Origin: Candidatus Parcubacteria bacterium
Lineage (GTDB): Bacteria > Patescibacteriota > Minisyncoccia > Sungbacterales > SURF-37
NCBI GenBank assembly: GCA_003599755.1
Contig: QZJO01000011.1
Location: 66,424 to 130,423 of the forward strand
DNA length: 64,000 bases
Reading direction: 5' to 3'
Shown: piece by piece, positions 28,833 through 38,437 of the stretch
How positions within the stretch are numbered: the stretch's first letter is position 1
Layout: every line of letters starts with the position of its first letter
Program-made: the position numbers and the translations under genes
Notes under the pieces: generated by a model
Told to the model about the DNA's origin: nothing
What the model saw: only the letters and a program-made list of their open reading frames with translations
Database searches by the model: none

Positions 28833-29008
28833 GATCTCCTCCTTGAGGAAGTGCTCGACAGCGTTTGTCGTAGATCGCAAGCAGTTCGCCGTGGTTGCTC
28901 GCGAAGAAATCGTCTCGACCGCGCCACTGGGGCATTTATAAAGAAGCATAATAAATACATTTTGTCAATAAATGCACGCACCAACGGCCCGTATACTACG
29001 GTCAGAAT

Positions 29009-30148
29009 ATGCGGAGCATTGCAGCAATCGTACTGGTCCTTGCCGCGGCCGGAGGAGCGGCCTTTTTCTGGTATCGGCCTGCAGCTGCGCCGGCTGCGTC
29101 CGGAGCGCTCGATTTTACATTGACCACGCTTTCGCAAGCGGTCGCGGCCGCAGCGCCCGGCTCCGAGCTCCGCGATATTCCCGACACGGCGGCAGTTGGT
29201 GGCGGCTGGCGCATCGAGACGTCGCGCGATGGCCGCGCACTGCTCGAATCCCCCGATGAAACCCTGGTGACGCTCGATCAGAACACGGAACTGACCGTCG
29301 TCGCGCATGATGCCGACGCGCGCCGAAGCAAGTTCTCGCTGGCCGGCGGCCGCGCGTGGACGCGCGTGAAGAAACTATTCGATCAGGACGAATTGTACGA
29401 AATCCGTTCATCGAATGCCGTTGCCACGGTACGCGGCACATCATTTTCATTCGGGTATGCGGCGGGCGTGACGACGTTGTTGGTCGCCGAAGGAATCGTC
29501 GGCATTCTGGCTCTTGATCCGGAAACCGGCCAACCGCTTACGGCTTCGAGTACGCTCGTACACGCCGGCCAAAAGGCGATCGTGGATGATCGCCTGCCGC
29601 CGTCGGAGCGGATTCGCGTGGCCGCATTAACGACGGAAGATATGGAATCAGAATGGTACCGCTTCAATGATCCTGATGGTTCTCCCGCGCCCGCTCCGGC
29701 ACCGCCCCCTGCTCCCGCTCCGGCCCCCACACCGATGCCCGCTCCAGCGCCGACGCCGGAGCCATCGCCCGCGCCGGCTCCTCTCCCCGCGCCCAACCCT
29801 CCGCCGCCTCCGGCGCCGCTGGCGATTGATGCCGTTGCGCCGGATACGGTGACGTATAATCCGTCGGGCGCGAATGCCGTTCAGATCGCCGGCAGCGGCT
29901 TTTCGGGCGCGACGGCGGTTCTGGTCGGCGTCCTTGCGGTGAAATTCGAAATCAAGGATGACGGGGCCATTTGGCTGTTTGCCGATTCATCGATATCGCC
30001 CGGAACCTATGCGGTAAGCGTCCGCCGTGGCAGCGAAGAGGCCAAGCGCGATCGCGCGCTCACGATTCTGCCGCAGCCGGACCGATCCGACGAGTCCGGT
30101 GCCAATCCTAATCAGGATCCTCCGCCCGGTTCCGCGGCCACTAACTGA
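29009..30148 (+). CDS. FecR-domain protein with Pro-rich linker and C-terminal Ig-like (IPT/TIG-like) domain, N-terminal TM
   Basis: FecR-like block VKKLFDQDELYEIRSSNAVATVRGTSFSF; PAPAPAPPPAPAP linker. Confidence 0.7.
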   Translation: MRSIAAIVLVLAAAGGAAFFWYRPAAAPAASGALDFTLTTLSQAVAAAAPGSELRDIPDTAAVGGGWRIETSRDGRALLESPDETLVTLDQNTELTVVAHDADARRSKFSLAGGRAWTRVKKLFDQDELYEIRSSNAVATVRGTSFSFGYAAGVTTLLVAEGIVGILALDPETGQPLTASSTLVHAGQKAIVDDRLPPSERIRVAALTTEDMESEWYRFNDPDGSPAPAPAPPPAPAPAPTPMPAPAPTPEPSPAPAPLPAPNPPPPPAPLAIDAVAPDTVTYNPSGANAVQIAGSGFSGATAVLVGVLAVKFEIKDDGAIWLFADSSISPGTYAVSVRRGSEEAKRDRALTILPQPDRSDESGANPNQDPPPGSAATN

Positions 30149-30154
30149 GCGCGC

Positions 30155-32083
30155 GTGTCAGCGACTATCAGGAAAATCGTTTCGCTTGCCGCCATCGGCG
30201 CGCTGATAACGGCCGGCGCGGCTTTTGCCGTGCAGTTCGGTTTTCTCGATTCCTGGGAGGAGCTCGTGCGGGATCGGTTCTTCATCCGCCGCGCGCCGCC
30301 GGCCGAAATCGTCATCGTCGCCATTGATGACGCAAGTATTGCAACGATCGGCCAATGGCCGTGGCCACGGCGCGAGTTCGCGGTGCTTTTGGAACGGGTG
30401 CGGGGCGCTCGCGCTGTTGCGATCGACGTCACGTTCTCAGAAGCGTCGCGGCATGGGGCCGCGGATGACCGCGCATTCGCCGATGCGATCGTGGCGTTCG
30501 GCCAGCCGATTGTCCTGCCGGTTGAAATCAATGAGCGGAGCGAAGTCGTGCTTGCTCCCCTGCCTGAACTTTCGGCGGCCGCCGCCGAAGGATTTGCCGA
30601 CGTCCTCGTAGACGCAGACGGCATCACGCGTTTCGTCCGGACACGGCTTTTGGGGTACGAGAGTTTTGCCCTTGCAGCGGCGCGCCAGCTTGGTGCCGCG
30701 GCCGGCGGCGATGCGGCCGCGGCGGATCGTTTGCGCATCGATTACCGCGGGCCGGCGCGGACATTTTCGACGGTTTCGTTCCATGACGCGGCAGCGGGGC
30801 GGATTCCGGAGCGCGCGTTTGCCGACAAGCTTGTCTTGGTCGGGGCCACGGCAAGCAATCTCCATGATATTTTGGCCACGCCGTTCGGCCGCATGCCGGG
30901 CGTGGAAGTCCACGCCAATGCCATTGCCACGCTTATGGACGATCGCCCGTTTCGCGCGATTCCGTTCGGGGTCGCGGTTGGGGCATTCGCGCTCGCGAAC
31001 GCGCTTGCGGCCGGAACCGTGTATGCCGTGCGCCGGCTGCGCGTGCTGGTCGGTTTGCTGGCTGGTTTCCTCTCCTTGATTGTCGCGGCGTCATTCGCGC
31101 TGTTCGAAACACAGCTGACGTTCCCGACGGTTGCCGCCGTGCTCGGGTTTCTGGGGACCGCGGGTAGTGCGACGGCGCTGCAGTATCTTGCCGAATCCCG
31201 GGAGAAGCGCTTTATCCAAAAATCATTTCAGCATTACCTCGCGCCGGACGTCGTGCGCGAACTTATCAAAGATCCCGCGAAGTTGCGCCTGGGCGGCGAG
31301 CGCAGGACCGTGGCAATCCTCTTTTCGGACATCCGCGGCTTTACTTCGCTCTCCGAGACCATGGATCCCGAGGCGCTTGCGCATCTGGTTAATGAATATC
31401 TGACGGCCATGACCGATATCGTAATGGCGCGCCACGGTCTTGTGGATAAATACATCGGCGACGCGATCATGGCGCTGTGGGGCGCGCCGATCGAGCGCCC
31501 GGATGCGACCCAACAGGCGTGCCGCGCGGCACTCGCCATGGTGGAACGCCTGGCCGAGCTCAACGAGCAATGGGCTCGCGAGAAGCTGCCGCGCTTGGAT
31601 ATCGGCATCGGTATCAACGCCGGCGCGGTATTCGTCGGCAACATCGGCTCGCGGGAGCGGTTCAACTATACGGTTATCGGCGACGAAGTGAATTTCACGT
31701 CGCGCTTGGAGGGACTCAACAAAATCTATGGGACGCGCATCATCGTGAGCGACGCGGTGCGGGCCGCAATCGCTGATGTTCCGGATCTGTTCGTGCGTGA
31801 ACTGGACCGCGTCATGGTCAAAGGGAAAAAAGAGCCGCGCACGATTTTCGAGCTTTTGCCCGCGAAGCAGCCGGAAGGGGCAGCGGCCGAGGCGTTTGCC
31901 GCGTTCGCGCGCGGGCGCCAGCACTATGCGGCGGGCCGCTGGCGGGAGGCCGCGGCGGAATTTGGGCGCGCGCTGGAGCTGGCCGATGATCCGCCGAGCC
32001 GCTTGTTTCTCGAGCGCTGCCGCGTATTGCAGCAGCACCCGCCGGACCAATGGACGGGCGTATTCGAGTTCAAGTCGAAATAG
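30155..32083 (+). CDS. CHASE2 sensor-domain class III adenylate/guanylate cyclase
   Basis: GTG start 6 nt after the FecR gene; periplasmic CHASE2 region, then TM block, then cyclase motifs ILFSDIRGFTSLSE, YIGDAIMALWGAP, NFTSRLE. Confidence 0.8.
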   Translation: MSATIRKIVSLAAIGALITAGAAFAVQFGFLDSWEELVRDRFFIRRAPPAEIVIVAIDDASIATIGQWPWPRREFAVLLERVRGARAVAIDVTFSEASRHGAADDRAFADAIVAFGQPIVLPVEINERSEVVLAPLPELSAAAAEGFADVLVDADGITRFVRTRLLGYESFALAAARQLGAAAGGDAAAADRLRIDYRGPARTFSTVSFHDAAAGRIPERAFADKLVLVGATASNLHDILATPFGRMPGVEVHANAIATLMDDRPFRAIPFGVAVGAFALANALAAGTVYAVRRLRVLVGLLAGFLSLIVAASFALFETQLTFPTVAAVLGFLGTAGSATALQYLAESREKRFIQKSFQHYLAPDVVRELIKDPAKLRLGGERRTVAILFSDIRGFTSLSETMDPEALAHLVNEYLTAMTDIVMARHGLVDKYIGDAIMALWGAPIERPDATQQACRAALAMVERLAELNEQWAREKLPRLDIGIGINAGAVFVGNIGSRERFNYTVIGDEVNFTSRLEGLNKIYGTRIIVSDAVRAAIADVPDLFVRELDRVMVKGKKEPRTIFELLPAKQPEGAAAEAFAAFARGRQHYAAGRWREAAAEFGRALELADDPPSRLFLERCRVLQQHPPDQWTGVFEFKSK

Positions 32084-32131
32084 AGCACCACGGCCTTCCG
32101 GCCGTGGTGCTCTGCAAGAGATTATAGGACG

Positions 32132-32533
32132 CTAGCGCGCGTTCGAGTCGGGTTGGTGCACGCCGAAAATATTGCCTTCGGTATCTTTGTAGTAGGCCTG
32201 CCAGGCCATGCCCGGGATAGCTTGCTTGGGAAGCGCTAAAATTCCGCCAGCTGCCTCGATCTTCCGTATCGTTTCGTCGATGTTCTCAACCTGCACCGTA
32301 CAGACGTAGGCGTTTACGGGCTGGTTCGCTTCTGGAGCTTTGCCTCTGCGCACGAAAAGGCCGCCATTAATGCCTGGCTCCTTACTGTCTTTGTCCGCTG
32401 TCATCACTCCCCAGTATGAAAACGGCTCTTTCATCCATACGGGGAAATCCCAACCAAACACGGCCCGGTAAAAGGCAATCGCCCGCTCAGGATCTGCTGC
32501 ATGAATTTCGAAATGGACGACTCTGTTGCTCAT
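32132..32533 (-). CDS. VOC/glyoxalase-bleomycin-resistance family protein
   Basis: VVHFEIHAADPERAIAFYRAVFGW... paired beta-alpha-beta-beta-beta modules; start at ATG 32533. Confidence 0.65.
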   Translation of the reverse strand: MSNRVVHFEIHAADPERAIAFYRAVFGWDFPVWMKEPFSYWGVMTADKDSKEPGINGGLFVRRGKAPEANQPVNAYVCTVQVENIDETIRKIEAAGGILALPKQAIPGMAWQAYYKDTEGNIFGVHQPDSNAR

Positions 32534-32626
32534 ATCGTCATGGTATCTCGCCGCAGCGGTATTGCGCAATTGAAGAAGCCCCGCACGGTGAAGCTGTGCT
32601 TGGCTTCTTCGTGCGGGGCGTGCGGC

Positions 32627-32734
32627 CTACTTCTGCTTTCCGCCCTGCTTCTGGCGGACGCGCAACTTCTCGATCGCGAAGGCAGCGCCGACGAGGACGA
32701 GGACGAGGATCGGAATGAACTGGTGCGGGGTCAT
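32627..32734 (-). CDS. candidate 35-aa single-TM microprotein
   Basis: MTPHQFIPILVLVLVGAAFAIEKLRVRQKQGGKQK with AGGAG about 9 nt upstream; below the ORF-track size cutoff. Coordinates derived from the frame of the overlapping plus-strand ORF. Confidence 0.3.
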   Translation of the reverse strand: MTPHQFIPILVLVLVGAAFAIEKLRVRQKQGGKQK

Positions 32735-33022
32735 TGCGTGCTCCTGGGTGTTCGGTGTTGGTTGTTCGGCTCACCGCAAGAAATTCCGCGAATGCGAACT
32801 GCGCCCGGGGCCTCCTTTCCGAGTCGGTGACTTCAAACAGAATGGATGGAAATCGGTCCTCTTTGAAGCCACCGAAGTATTGAAAGGATAATATTACATT
32901 ATCACTTTCCGCATAAAAAGTCAATAGGAGACATCCGTGCGTTTTTGAAAGTCATTATTCCGGGCTACGTCGTCTGCTTCGTCGCTGATTGCCAATTATC
33001 CGCAATAATTTTGCACTCGATT

Positions 33023-33436
33023 ATGACAACCCGGCAAAGGTTTGGTTATGCCGTGGCAGCTGGCATGACTCTTCTTGCCGTGCTTCCTTCCACGTTCGCT
33101 GTCGCGGAGACGGAAACTTCGCTCCCCCGGCATCCCATCATCGTAAACGAGACCGTCGCGTGGGAGTCAAACGCGATTCCCGTCCAGGCCGGACGGCGTT
33201 ACATTTTTTCCGACCAGTACCTTGCGAACGTGACGAATGAAATCGATATTCGATATATGTTGGCCAATGGCTCGCACTTGGATGTGCGCGTAGAACAATT
33301 CGGCAGCAGCCGAGTTTGGAATAATGCCGCGATCAGCTTCGCCGCGCCGCCGAATGCCGTATCTATGGTCATTACGCATCGGATACACGGCAGCGGCTAT
33401 ATTGTTGCGCGGAATTTCAAACTCGTGGCGGAGTAG
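33023..33436 (+). CDS. secreted hypothetical protein (137 aa)
   Basis: Signal peptide MTTRQRFGYAVAAGMTLLAVLPSTFAVAETE; no family recognised. Confidence 0.5.
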   Translation: MTTRQRFGYAVAAGMTLLAVLPSTFAVAETETSLPRHPIIVNETVAWESNAIPVQAGRRYIFSDQYLANVTNEIDIRYMLANGSHLDVRVEQFGSSRVWNNAAISFAAPPNAVSMVITHRIHGSGYIVARNFKLVAE

Positions 33437-33481
33437 TTTGCTCGAGCAAGCGGTGACTGGCGCATAACGCAAACGTCGTTC

Positions 33482-34072
33482 TTAGTACCAGCTCTCGAGC
33501 CAGCTTTGCATCATGAGAATCTCGCGCGATTGCGAGGTGATGATGGCATCAGCCAGCATTTTCATTTCTTCGCGCTCGGTCGAGGCCTGGAGCATGCGGG
33601 CCATGACGATTGCCATCTCGTGATGCGGAATCATCTGCAGCATGAATTCGCGGTCAAACTCGGCGTCAGACACGCGGCGCAGCGCCTCGGTGTCCCCTTC
33701 CATGCCGCCCATGTGCATCATGCCCATGCCGTGCCTCGCGATGGGCGCGGATCCGAACCATTCCTGGTACCAGGCGCGCATGTCGCGATTCTCCCGCTCC
33801 TGCGCTTCGATGATGCCGTTGGCGAGCGAGAGGATTTCCGGCCGGCGCGACCGTTCGAGCGCGATGCCCGCCATCGCGATCGCGCCTTCGTGATGCGGAA
33901 TCATCTGCTCGATGAAGTGCGCGTCAATCCGCCCCGCAGCGCCGACCGGCGTCGCATCGCGGTACATCATGGGTCCGCCCCAGCCGTCGGGCAAAGCAGG
34001 CAAAACCAGCGGCGCGACAATCAAGCCGAGGATCAAACTGCCGATGCCGACGACGAGGATTTCCTTGCTCAT
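33482..34072 (-). CDS. DUF305 family protein (two DUF305 repeats), membrane-anchored
   Basis: Twice-repeated FIEQMIPHHEGAIAMA / FMLQMIPHHEMAIVMA motif; adjacent to the Cu ATPase. Confidence 0.7.
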   Translation of the reverse strand: MSKEILVVGIGSLILGLIVAPLVLPALPDGWGGPMMYRDATPVGAAGRIDAHFIEQMIPHHEGAIAMAGIALERSRRPEILSLANGIIEAQERENRDMRAWYQEWFGSAPIARHGMGMMHMGGMEGDTEALRRVSDAEFDREFMLQMIPHHEMAIVMARMLQASTEREEMKMLADAIITSQSREILMMQSWLESWY

Positions 34073-34132
34073 ACGTTCCCATCGTATGCTTCGCCATCGC
34101 CGGCCGCAAGCCGGCGATGAGCGCCGTGTCGC

Positions 34133-36259
34133 TCACAGCGTACGCCGCCGCAGCGCGGCCGCGTTGATCGCGACGATTACCGTGGACAGCGACATGAAGA
34201 CCGCGGCGATCGCGGGCTGGAGCATAATGCCCCACGCGGCGAGCGCGCCGGCGGCAACCGGCAACGCGATTACGTTATAACCGGTCGCCCAGAAAAGGTT
34301 TTGGATCATTTTCGCGTACGTGAGGCGGGAGAGCGTAATGATTTTAGGAATATCGCGCGGATCGTTTCTAACGAGAATAACGCCTGCTGATTCGATCGCC
34401 ACATTGGTTCCCGCGCCGACGGCAATGCCGATGTCGGCCTGGGCAAGCGCGGGCGCGTCGTTGACGCCGTCGCCGACCATGGCGACGCGCTCGCCGCGGT
34501 CCTGGAGCTTACGGACCGTTGCCGCTTTCTGGTCCGGCAGAACGCGCGCGAAGTATTCATCGATCGAGAGCTCCTGGGCCACCCAAGCCGCTACGTCTTC
34601 GGCGTCACCCGTGATCATGGCGACTTTGATGCCCATGGTTTTGAGCGCCTGCACCGCGGCGCGGGATTCCTCGCGGATGGCGTCGGCCAGGGCAACGCTG
34701 CCGACATAGGCGCGGTTTTCAGCGATATGGACTACGGTTTTTCCTTCGCGCTCGTGGGACCGGATTGCGGCCTGGTGCTCGGGCGGAATTGCGGCCCCTT
34801 GCTCCTGGATGAGCGGCAGAGATCCGACAACCACGCGCTTTCCCTCGACATCAGCCTGCACGCCTTTACCGCGCAGATTAGCGAACGAAGTATTGCTCGG
34901 AATGACGACCCTCTGCTCCTGGGCTTCGGCAACGATGGCGCGGCCGAGCGGGTGCTCGGATTGCGCGTTCGCGGCGGCGGCCCGGGAGAGTACGGCGTCT
35001 TTCGGCCCGATGACGGCCACGACCTCGAACGAGCCCTTCGTGAGCGTGCCGGTTTTATCGAAGAGGACCGCGGTGACGCTGCGTGCGGCCTCAAGCGCGA
35101 GGCGGCGCTTCACGAGGAATCCATTTCGCGAGGCGAGCGTCGTGGAAATGGACGCGACGAGCGGTATCGCGAGCCCGAGCGCATGCGGGCAGGCGATCAC
35201 CAGGACCGCGACCAAGCGCTCGACCGCAAACCCAAATCCCGCGTCAAGGGATATCCAAGTCGCGAACGTGATGCCGCCGGCCGATACGGCCAAGTATGTC
35301 AGATACATGGCGGCGCGGTCGGATACCAATTGCAGGCGCGATTTCGACGCCTCTGCCTCGGCAACCAGGCGCATGACGCCGGCAAGAAAAGTACGCTCGC
35401 CGAGCTTGTCCACGCGGATTTGCAAACTGCCGTCTTCGTTGATAGTGCCGGCGATCACCGGGTCGCCGCGCCGCTTCGGCACCGGCCGCGATTCGCCGGT
35501 GACGAGCGACTCATTGACGGATGATTCTCCTCCGACCACGGTGCCGTCGGCAGGTACGGTGGCGCCCGGGCGGATAAGTACGACATCGCCTTCCACGAGT
35601 TCGCGGAGCGGGACCGCGGTGGGCTTGCCGTCGCGAATAACTTCGGCGGTGTCGGGAATGAGTTTTGCCAGTTCCGCGAGTGCTCCTTGAGCGCTGGCGA
35701 CCGCGCGCATTTCAATCCAGTGGCCGAGGAGCATCACGGCGATGAGCGTGGCAAGCTCCCAGAAGAGCGTCATGTCCTCCCCGAGCAAAACCGCGCCGGC
35801 GCTATACAGATACGCCGCGCTGATCGCCAGCGCGATGAGCGTCATCATGCCGGGTTGCCGGGCCTTAAGCTCCGCTAGCGCGCCGTTGAGAAATACGAGG
35901 CCGCCGTAGAAAAAAACGATTGACCCGAGAACGAGCGATACATATGCCGAGCCGGGAAACGCGGGCGCTTCCCAGGAAAGAAATAGGCGCGGAAGGTCCG
36001 AGTACAGGATAATCGGAATAGTCAAAACGGCCGTGACCCAAAACTTTTTCAGGAAATCCTCGGTATGGTGCCCGGCGTGCTTGTCGTGAGCGGCATGGTG
36101 CATTTGCTGCTCGGCTGGCGACCGAGCCGCATCGGCGGGCACTAAGTCCATGCTGCATTTCGGGCACCGGCCCGGACCTGCCTGCCGGATATCCGGGTGC
36201 ATGGGACAGATGTATTCTGCTTGGTCGTGCGCGTGATTCATGGCAGTCAAGACCATCAT
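34133..36259 (-). CDS. heavy-metal (copper) translocating P1B-type ATPase, CopB-like (CPH motif) with His-rich N-terminus and TRASH/YHS-like CPxHPxI...CPKCxM metal-binding domain
   Basis: DKTGTLT, ACPHALGLAIP (CPH), MVGDGVNDAPAL, TGES; N-terminal YICPMHPDIRQAGPGRCPKCSMDL. Confidence 0.85.
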   Translation of the reverse strand: MMVLTAMNHAHDQAEYICPMHPDIRQAGPGRCPKCSMDLVPADAARSPAEQQMHHAAHDKHAGHHTEDFLKKFWVTAVLTIPIILYSDLPRLFLSWEAPAFPGSAYVSLVLGSIVFFYGGLVFLNGALAELKARQPGMMTLIALAISAAYLYSAGAVLLGEDMTLFWELATLIAVMLLGHWIEMRAVASAQGALAELAKLIPDTAEVIRDGKPTAVPLRELVEGDVVLIRPGATVPADGTVVGGESSVNESLVTGESRPVPKRRGDPVIAGTINEDGSLQIRVDKLGERTFLAGVMRLVAEAEASKSRLQLVSDRAAMYLTYLAVSAGGITFATWISLDAGFGFAVERLVAVLVIACPHALGLAIPLVASISTTLASRNGFLVKRRLALEAARSVTAVLFDKTGTLTKGSFEVVAVIGPKDAVLSRAAAANAQSEHPLGRAIVAEAQEQRVVIPSNTSFANLRGKGVQADVEGKRVVVGSLPLIQEQGAAIPPEHQAAIRSHEREGKTVVHIAENRAYVGSVALADAIREESRAAVQALKTMGIKVAMITGDAEDVAAWVAQELSIDEYFARVLPDQKAATVRKLQDRGERVAMVGDGVNDAPALAQADIGIAVGAGTNVAIESAGVILVRNDPRDIPKIITLSRLTYAKMIQNLFWATGYNVIALPVAAGALAAWGIMLQPAIAAVFMSLSTVIVAINAAALRRRTL

Positions 36260-36367
36260 ATACTGATCGGATGCATTCAGCAGGCGCTATGAACGAAAAC
36301 CGTCTCGCGCGCTCGGCGCGCGAGACGGTGGTAGAGGTTCGGCGCTCGCGCCGATCGAAGGGCCGGG

Positions 36368-36724
36368 CTATCTCGTCGCCGCGGCGACGGCTGGCACCGC
36401 GGCGGCCGCCTGGGCCGTGCGGGACTGCAGGTTCGTGATGACCTCGTCGGCGAGCTCCAGCACGACCCTGAGATATACCCGGTGGTGCCGGCCGTGCGCC
36501 TGGGGCATCGCGACCATCAGGGTTTGCCGGGCTGTCGTACAGACGGCGAGCATGCGCTCGACATCCTCTGCCGGAATCTCGACTTCGCTGATCAGGGTGA
36601 GGACGGCCTCGACGGCACCCTGCTTGTAGGGATCGGCTTGGATGCCGACCAGGCGTATGGGGCTGAGCATCTCGCGGACTACTTCGGGGAAGGGCTTGAT
36701 TCTTGGGGGTTCGGTTTCGTCCAT
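36368..36724 (-). CDS. hypothetical protein (118 aa) downstream of copB-like gene
   Basis: GGAGG RBS before ATG 36724; no family match. Confidence 0.45.
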   Translation of the reverse strand: MDETEPPRIKPFPEVVREMLSPIRLVGIQADPYKQGAVEAVLTLISEVEIPAEDVERMLAVCTTARQTLMVAMPQAHGRHHRVYLRVVLELADEVITNLQSRTAQAAAAVPAVAAATR

Positions 36725-36874
36725 ACATGCCTCCGCCCCAATTGGGGAACTTCTGGCATTCAGCATGAACGCTTTTTTTGATTCGTCAATGCGTGCGGCT
36801 CGGAGTCAAGGGGCGCGCGTATGAAGAAGGCCGCCGATGCGCGGGCGACCTTCGCTCGGTCGGCGCGTCGGCGG

Positions 36875-37177
36875 CTAGTTGCCGGTTCGGCTGAATCCGG
36901 CCGCAGAAAACCGCACGCGCGATCCCTGCGACGTAATCCGTTCCTCGGTGATTTCGATGAAGCGCTCCCAGCGCGCCTTGAGCGCGCGCAGCTCGTCCAG
37001 CTCCGTTGACCGGATGAACTTGAGCGCGGCACCGTCGCGTAACAGCAGTTCGACGACCCCGCCAAGCTCCAGGCCGAGCTTTGGTCCCGCATCGGCGAGC
37101 AACGCCTCTTTCAGCTCGGCTCGCTGCCGCAGCTCCTCGTTGATCTCCTTCGCGAATCGCTCCGCGATGCGGTTCAT
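36875..37177 (-). CDS. hypothetical helical protein (100 aa)
   Basis: Internal ATG with weak GGGGAG RBS; coiled-coil-like composition. Confidence 0.35.
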   Translation of the reverse strand: MNRIAERFAKEINEELRQRAELKEALLADAGPKLGLELGGVVELLLRDGAALKFIRSTELDELRALKARWERFIEITEERITSQGSRVRFSAAGFSRTGN

Positions 37178-37362
37178 CTTCGCGATGCGGCTCCCCACGC
37201 AGCCGGGAAGCAGGAGCGGTCGTTTTTGGCCAGCGCGCATGCGGACCTCCTATGCGAGATAGTGATCTTCCGATAACATGCTGCGCACAAGAAGCCAATA
37301 GAAGAAACCCCGCACGGCGAAGCCATGCGGAGCTTCTTCCTGCGGGGTCTGGATCCGGATGT

Positions 37363-38307
37363 TTACTGCGTGGATTGCCGCTCTCCGACGCGCGATCCGC
37401 GGCCGGTCTGCTGGCGAATGTGGCGCGTTGCCGCGCTGAACGACATGCCGAGAACTTCCCCGGCTAACTTTTCCTGCAGCGCGTGGTCGAATTGGACAAG
37501 CTGCAGCGCGGTCGCGAACCCGAGGCGCTGGCCGCGGGGACGCATGAGAGACAGTAAGGCGGCCACGTTCGGAGACAGCCGCCGGAGCGCAAGGTGCTGG
37601 TTGACCCAGCCGATCGAGGCGTTGCGGTCCTCGGCGATCTTCATGCAGCTGTGCCCCTGCGCGCGCAGCTGAAGAATCGCGCGCATGACGGCAATCGCGT
37701 CGTGATCGCGCGTGCCTCGTCGGGACGGGGTGATGGGAGCAACGGTATCGCCGTGCGATGTCTCAGGTGCTGCCGGTGCCTGGGGAGCGTGGGCGGTGCC
37801 GCTCGAGTGCGCGTTCGGCTCGGGCGGCGGGATTGCGGCCGGGGGCTGGGAACCGTTGCCGTTCGCTGGAAGATCGGCCGTTACGGCGGGCGGCACCGGC
37901 GGACCAGTTGGGGCAGGCGCGCTTCGGCCGTTCTGATGCGCCGGTTTCGGAGTCGGATCCGCGTTCGGCATCGCAAGCCGCCGGCGCGCATTGGCGATGA
38001 TCACGACGCCGGTGGCCATGTGCGGGCCACAGAAACCGGAGATGCGATCCGACGCGATACGCGGATGCTCGGCTCGATCGCCGACGCAGGCGATGCAGGG
38101 CCGCCAGGGCGAGCCGCACCGATTCTTGGCGCAGCCGTTGAGGTTGGTCGCGAAGTCGCTTGCCATTCGCAGGCAGCCGTCACGATCCACGCCGCCCCCG
38201 CCCAGAAGTGGGCATGCATAGAGTTTCTCCGGAAGGCGTTCGCGTCGCACGGTCGGGACGGGTCCGCGCGCCAGAAGCCGGTGATCACCTGCCCGGAACT
38301 GGGTCAT
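37363..38307 (-). CDS. DNA-binding protein: N-terminal Cys-rich region plus Pro-rich linker plus C-terminal ParB/KorB-like HTH
   Basis: GAAAGGAGAA RBS; C-terminus SCMKIAEDRNASIGWVNQHLALRRLSPNVAALL resembles the ParB/Spo0J HTH; N-terminus has 9 Cys (CPLLGG...GCLRM...GCAKNRCGSPWRPCIACVG...FCGPH). Confidence 0.5.
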   Translation of the reverse strand: MTQFRAGDHRLLARGPVPTVRRERLPEKLYACPLLGGGGVDRDGCLRMASDFATNLNGCAKNRCGSPWRPCIACVGDRAEHPRIASDRISGFCGPHMATGVVIIANARRRLAMPNADPTPKPAHQNGRSAPAPTGPPVPPAVTADLPANGNGSQPPAAIPPPEPNAHSSGTAHAPQAPAAPETSHGDTVAPITPSRRGTRDHDAIAVMRAILQLRAQGHSCMKIAEDRNASIGWVNQHLALRRLSPNVAALLSLMRPRGQRLGFATALQLVQFDHALQEKLAGEVLGMSFSAATRHIRQQTGRGSRVGERQSTQ

Positions 38308-38437
38308 GGGCGTTCTCCTTTCGTGGTGTTGAGAGCTCGGCACTTCTGGCTTCGTTGTAGCATGAGAGTGGCCAAAACCAATACCGCGCCGTACACAATG
38401 TACGCGCGGCACTGATAATAACTCTACCGAGAATTTC

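Noticed and set aside
34727-35690. Two overlapping plus-strand ORFs (265 and 293 aa)
   Set aside because: Antisense to the P1B-type ATPase; no motifs.
38327-38343. GG-N10-GC sigma-54-like element (TGGCTT...TAGCA)
   Set aside because: Poor match to TGGCAC-N5-TTGCW, oriented away from any gene; no convincing -24/-12 promoter found for the EBP at 26135..27397 by eye.
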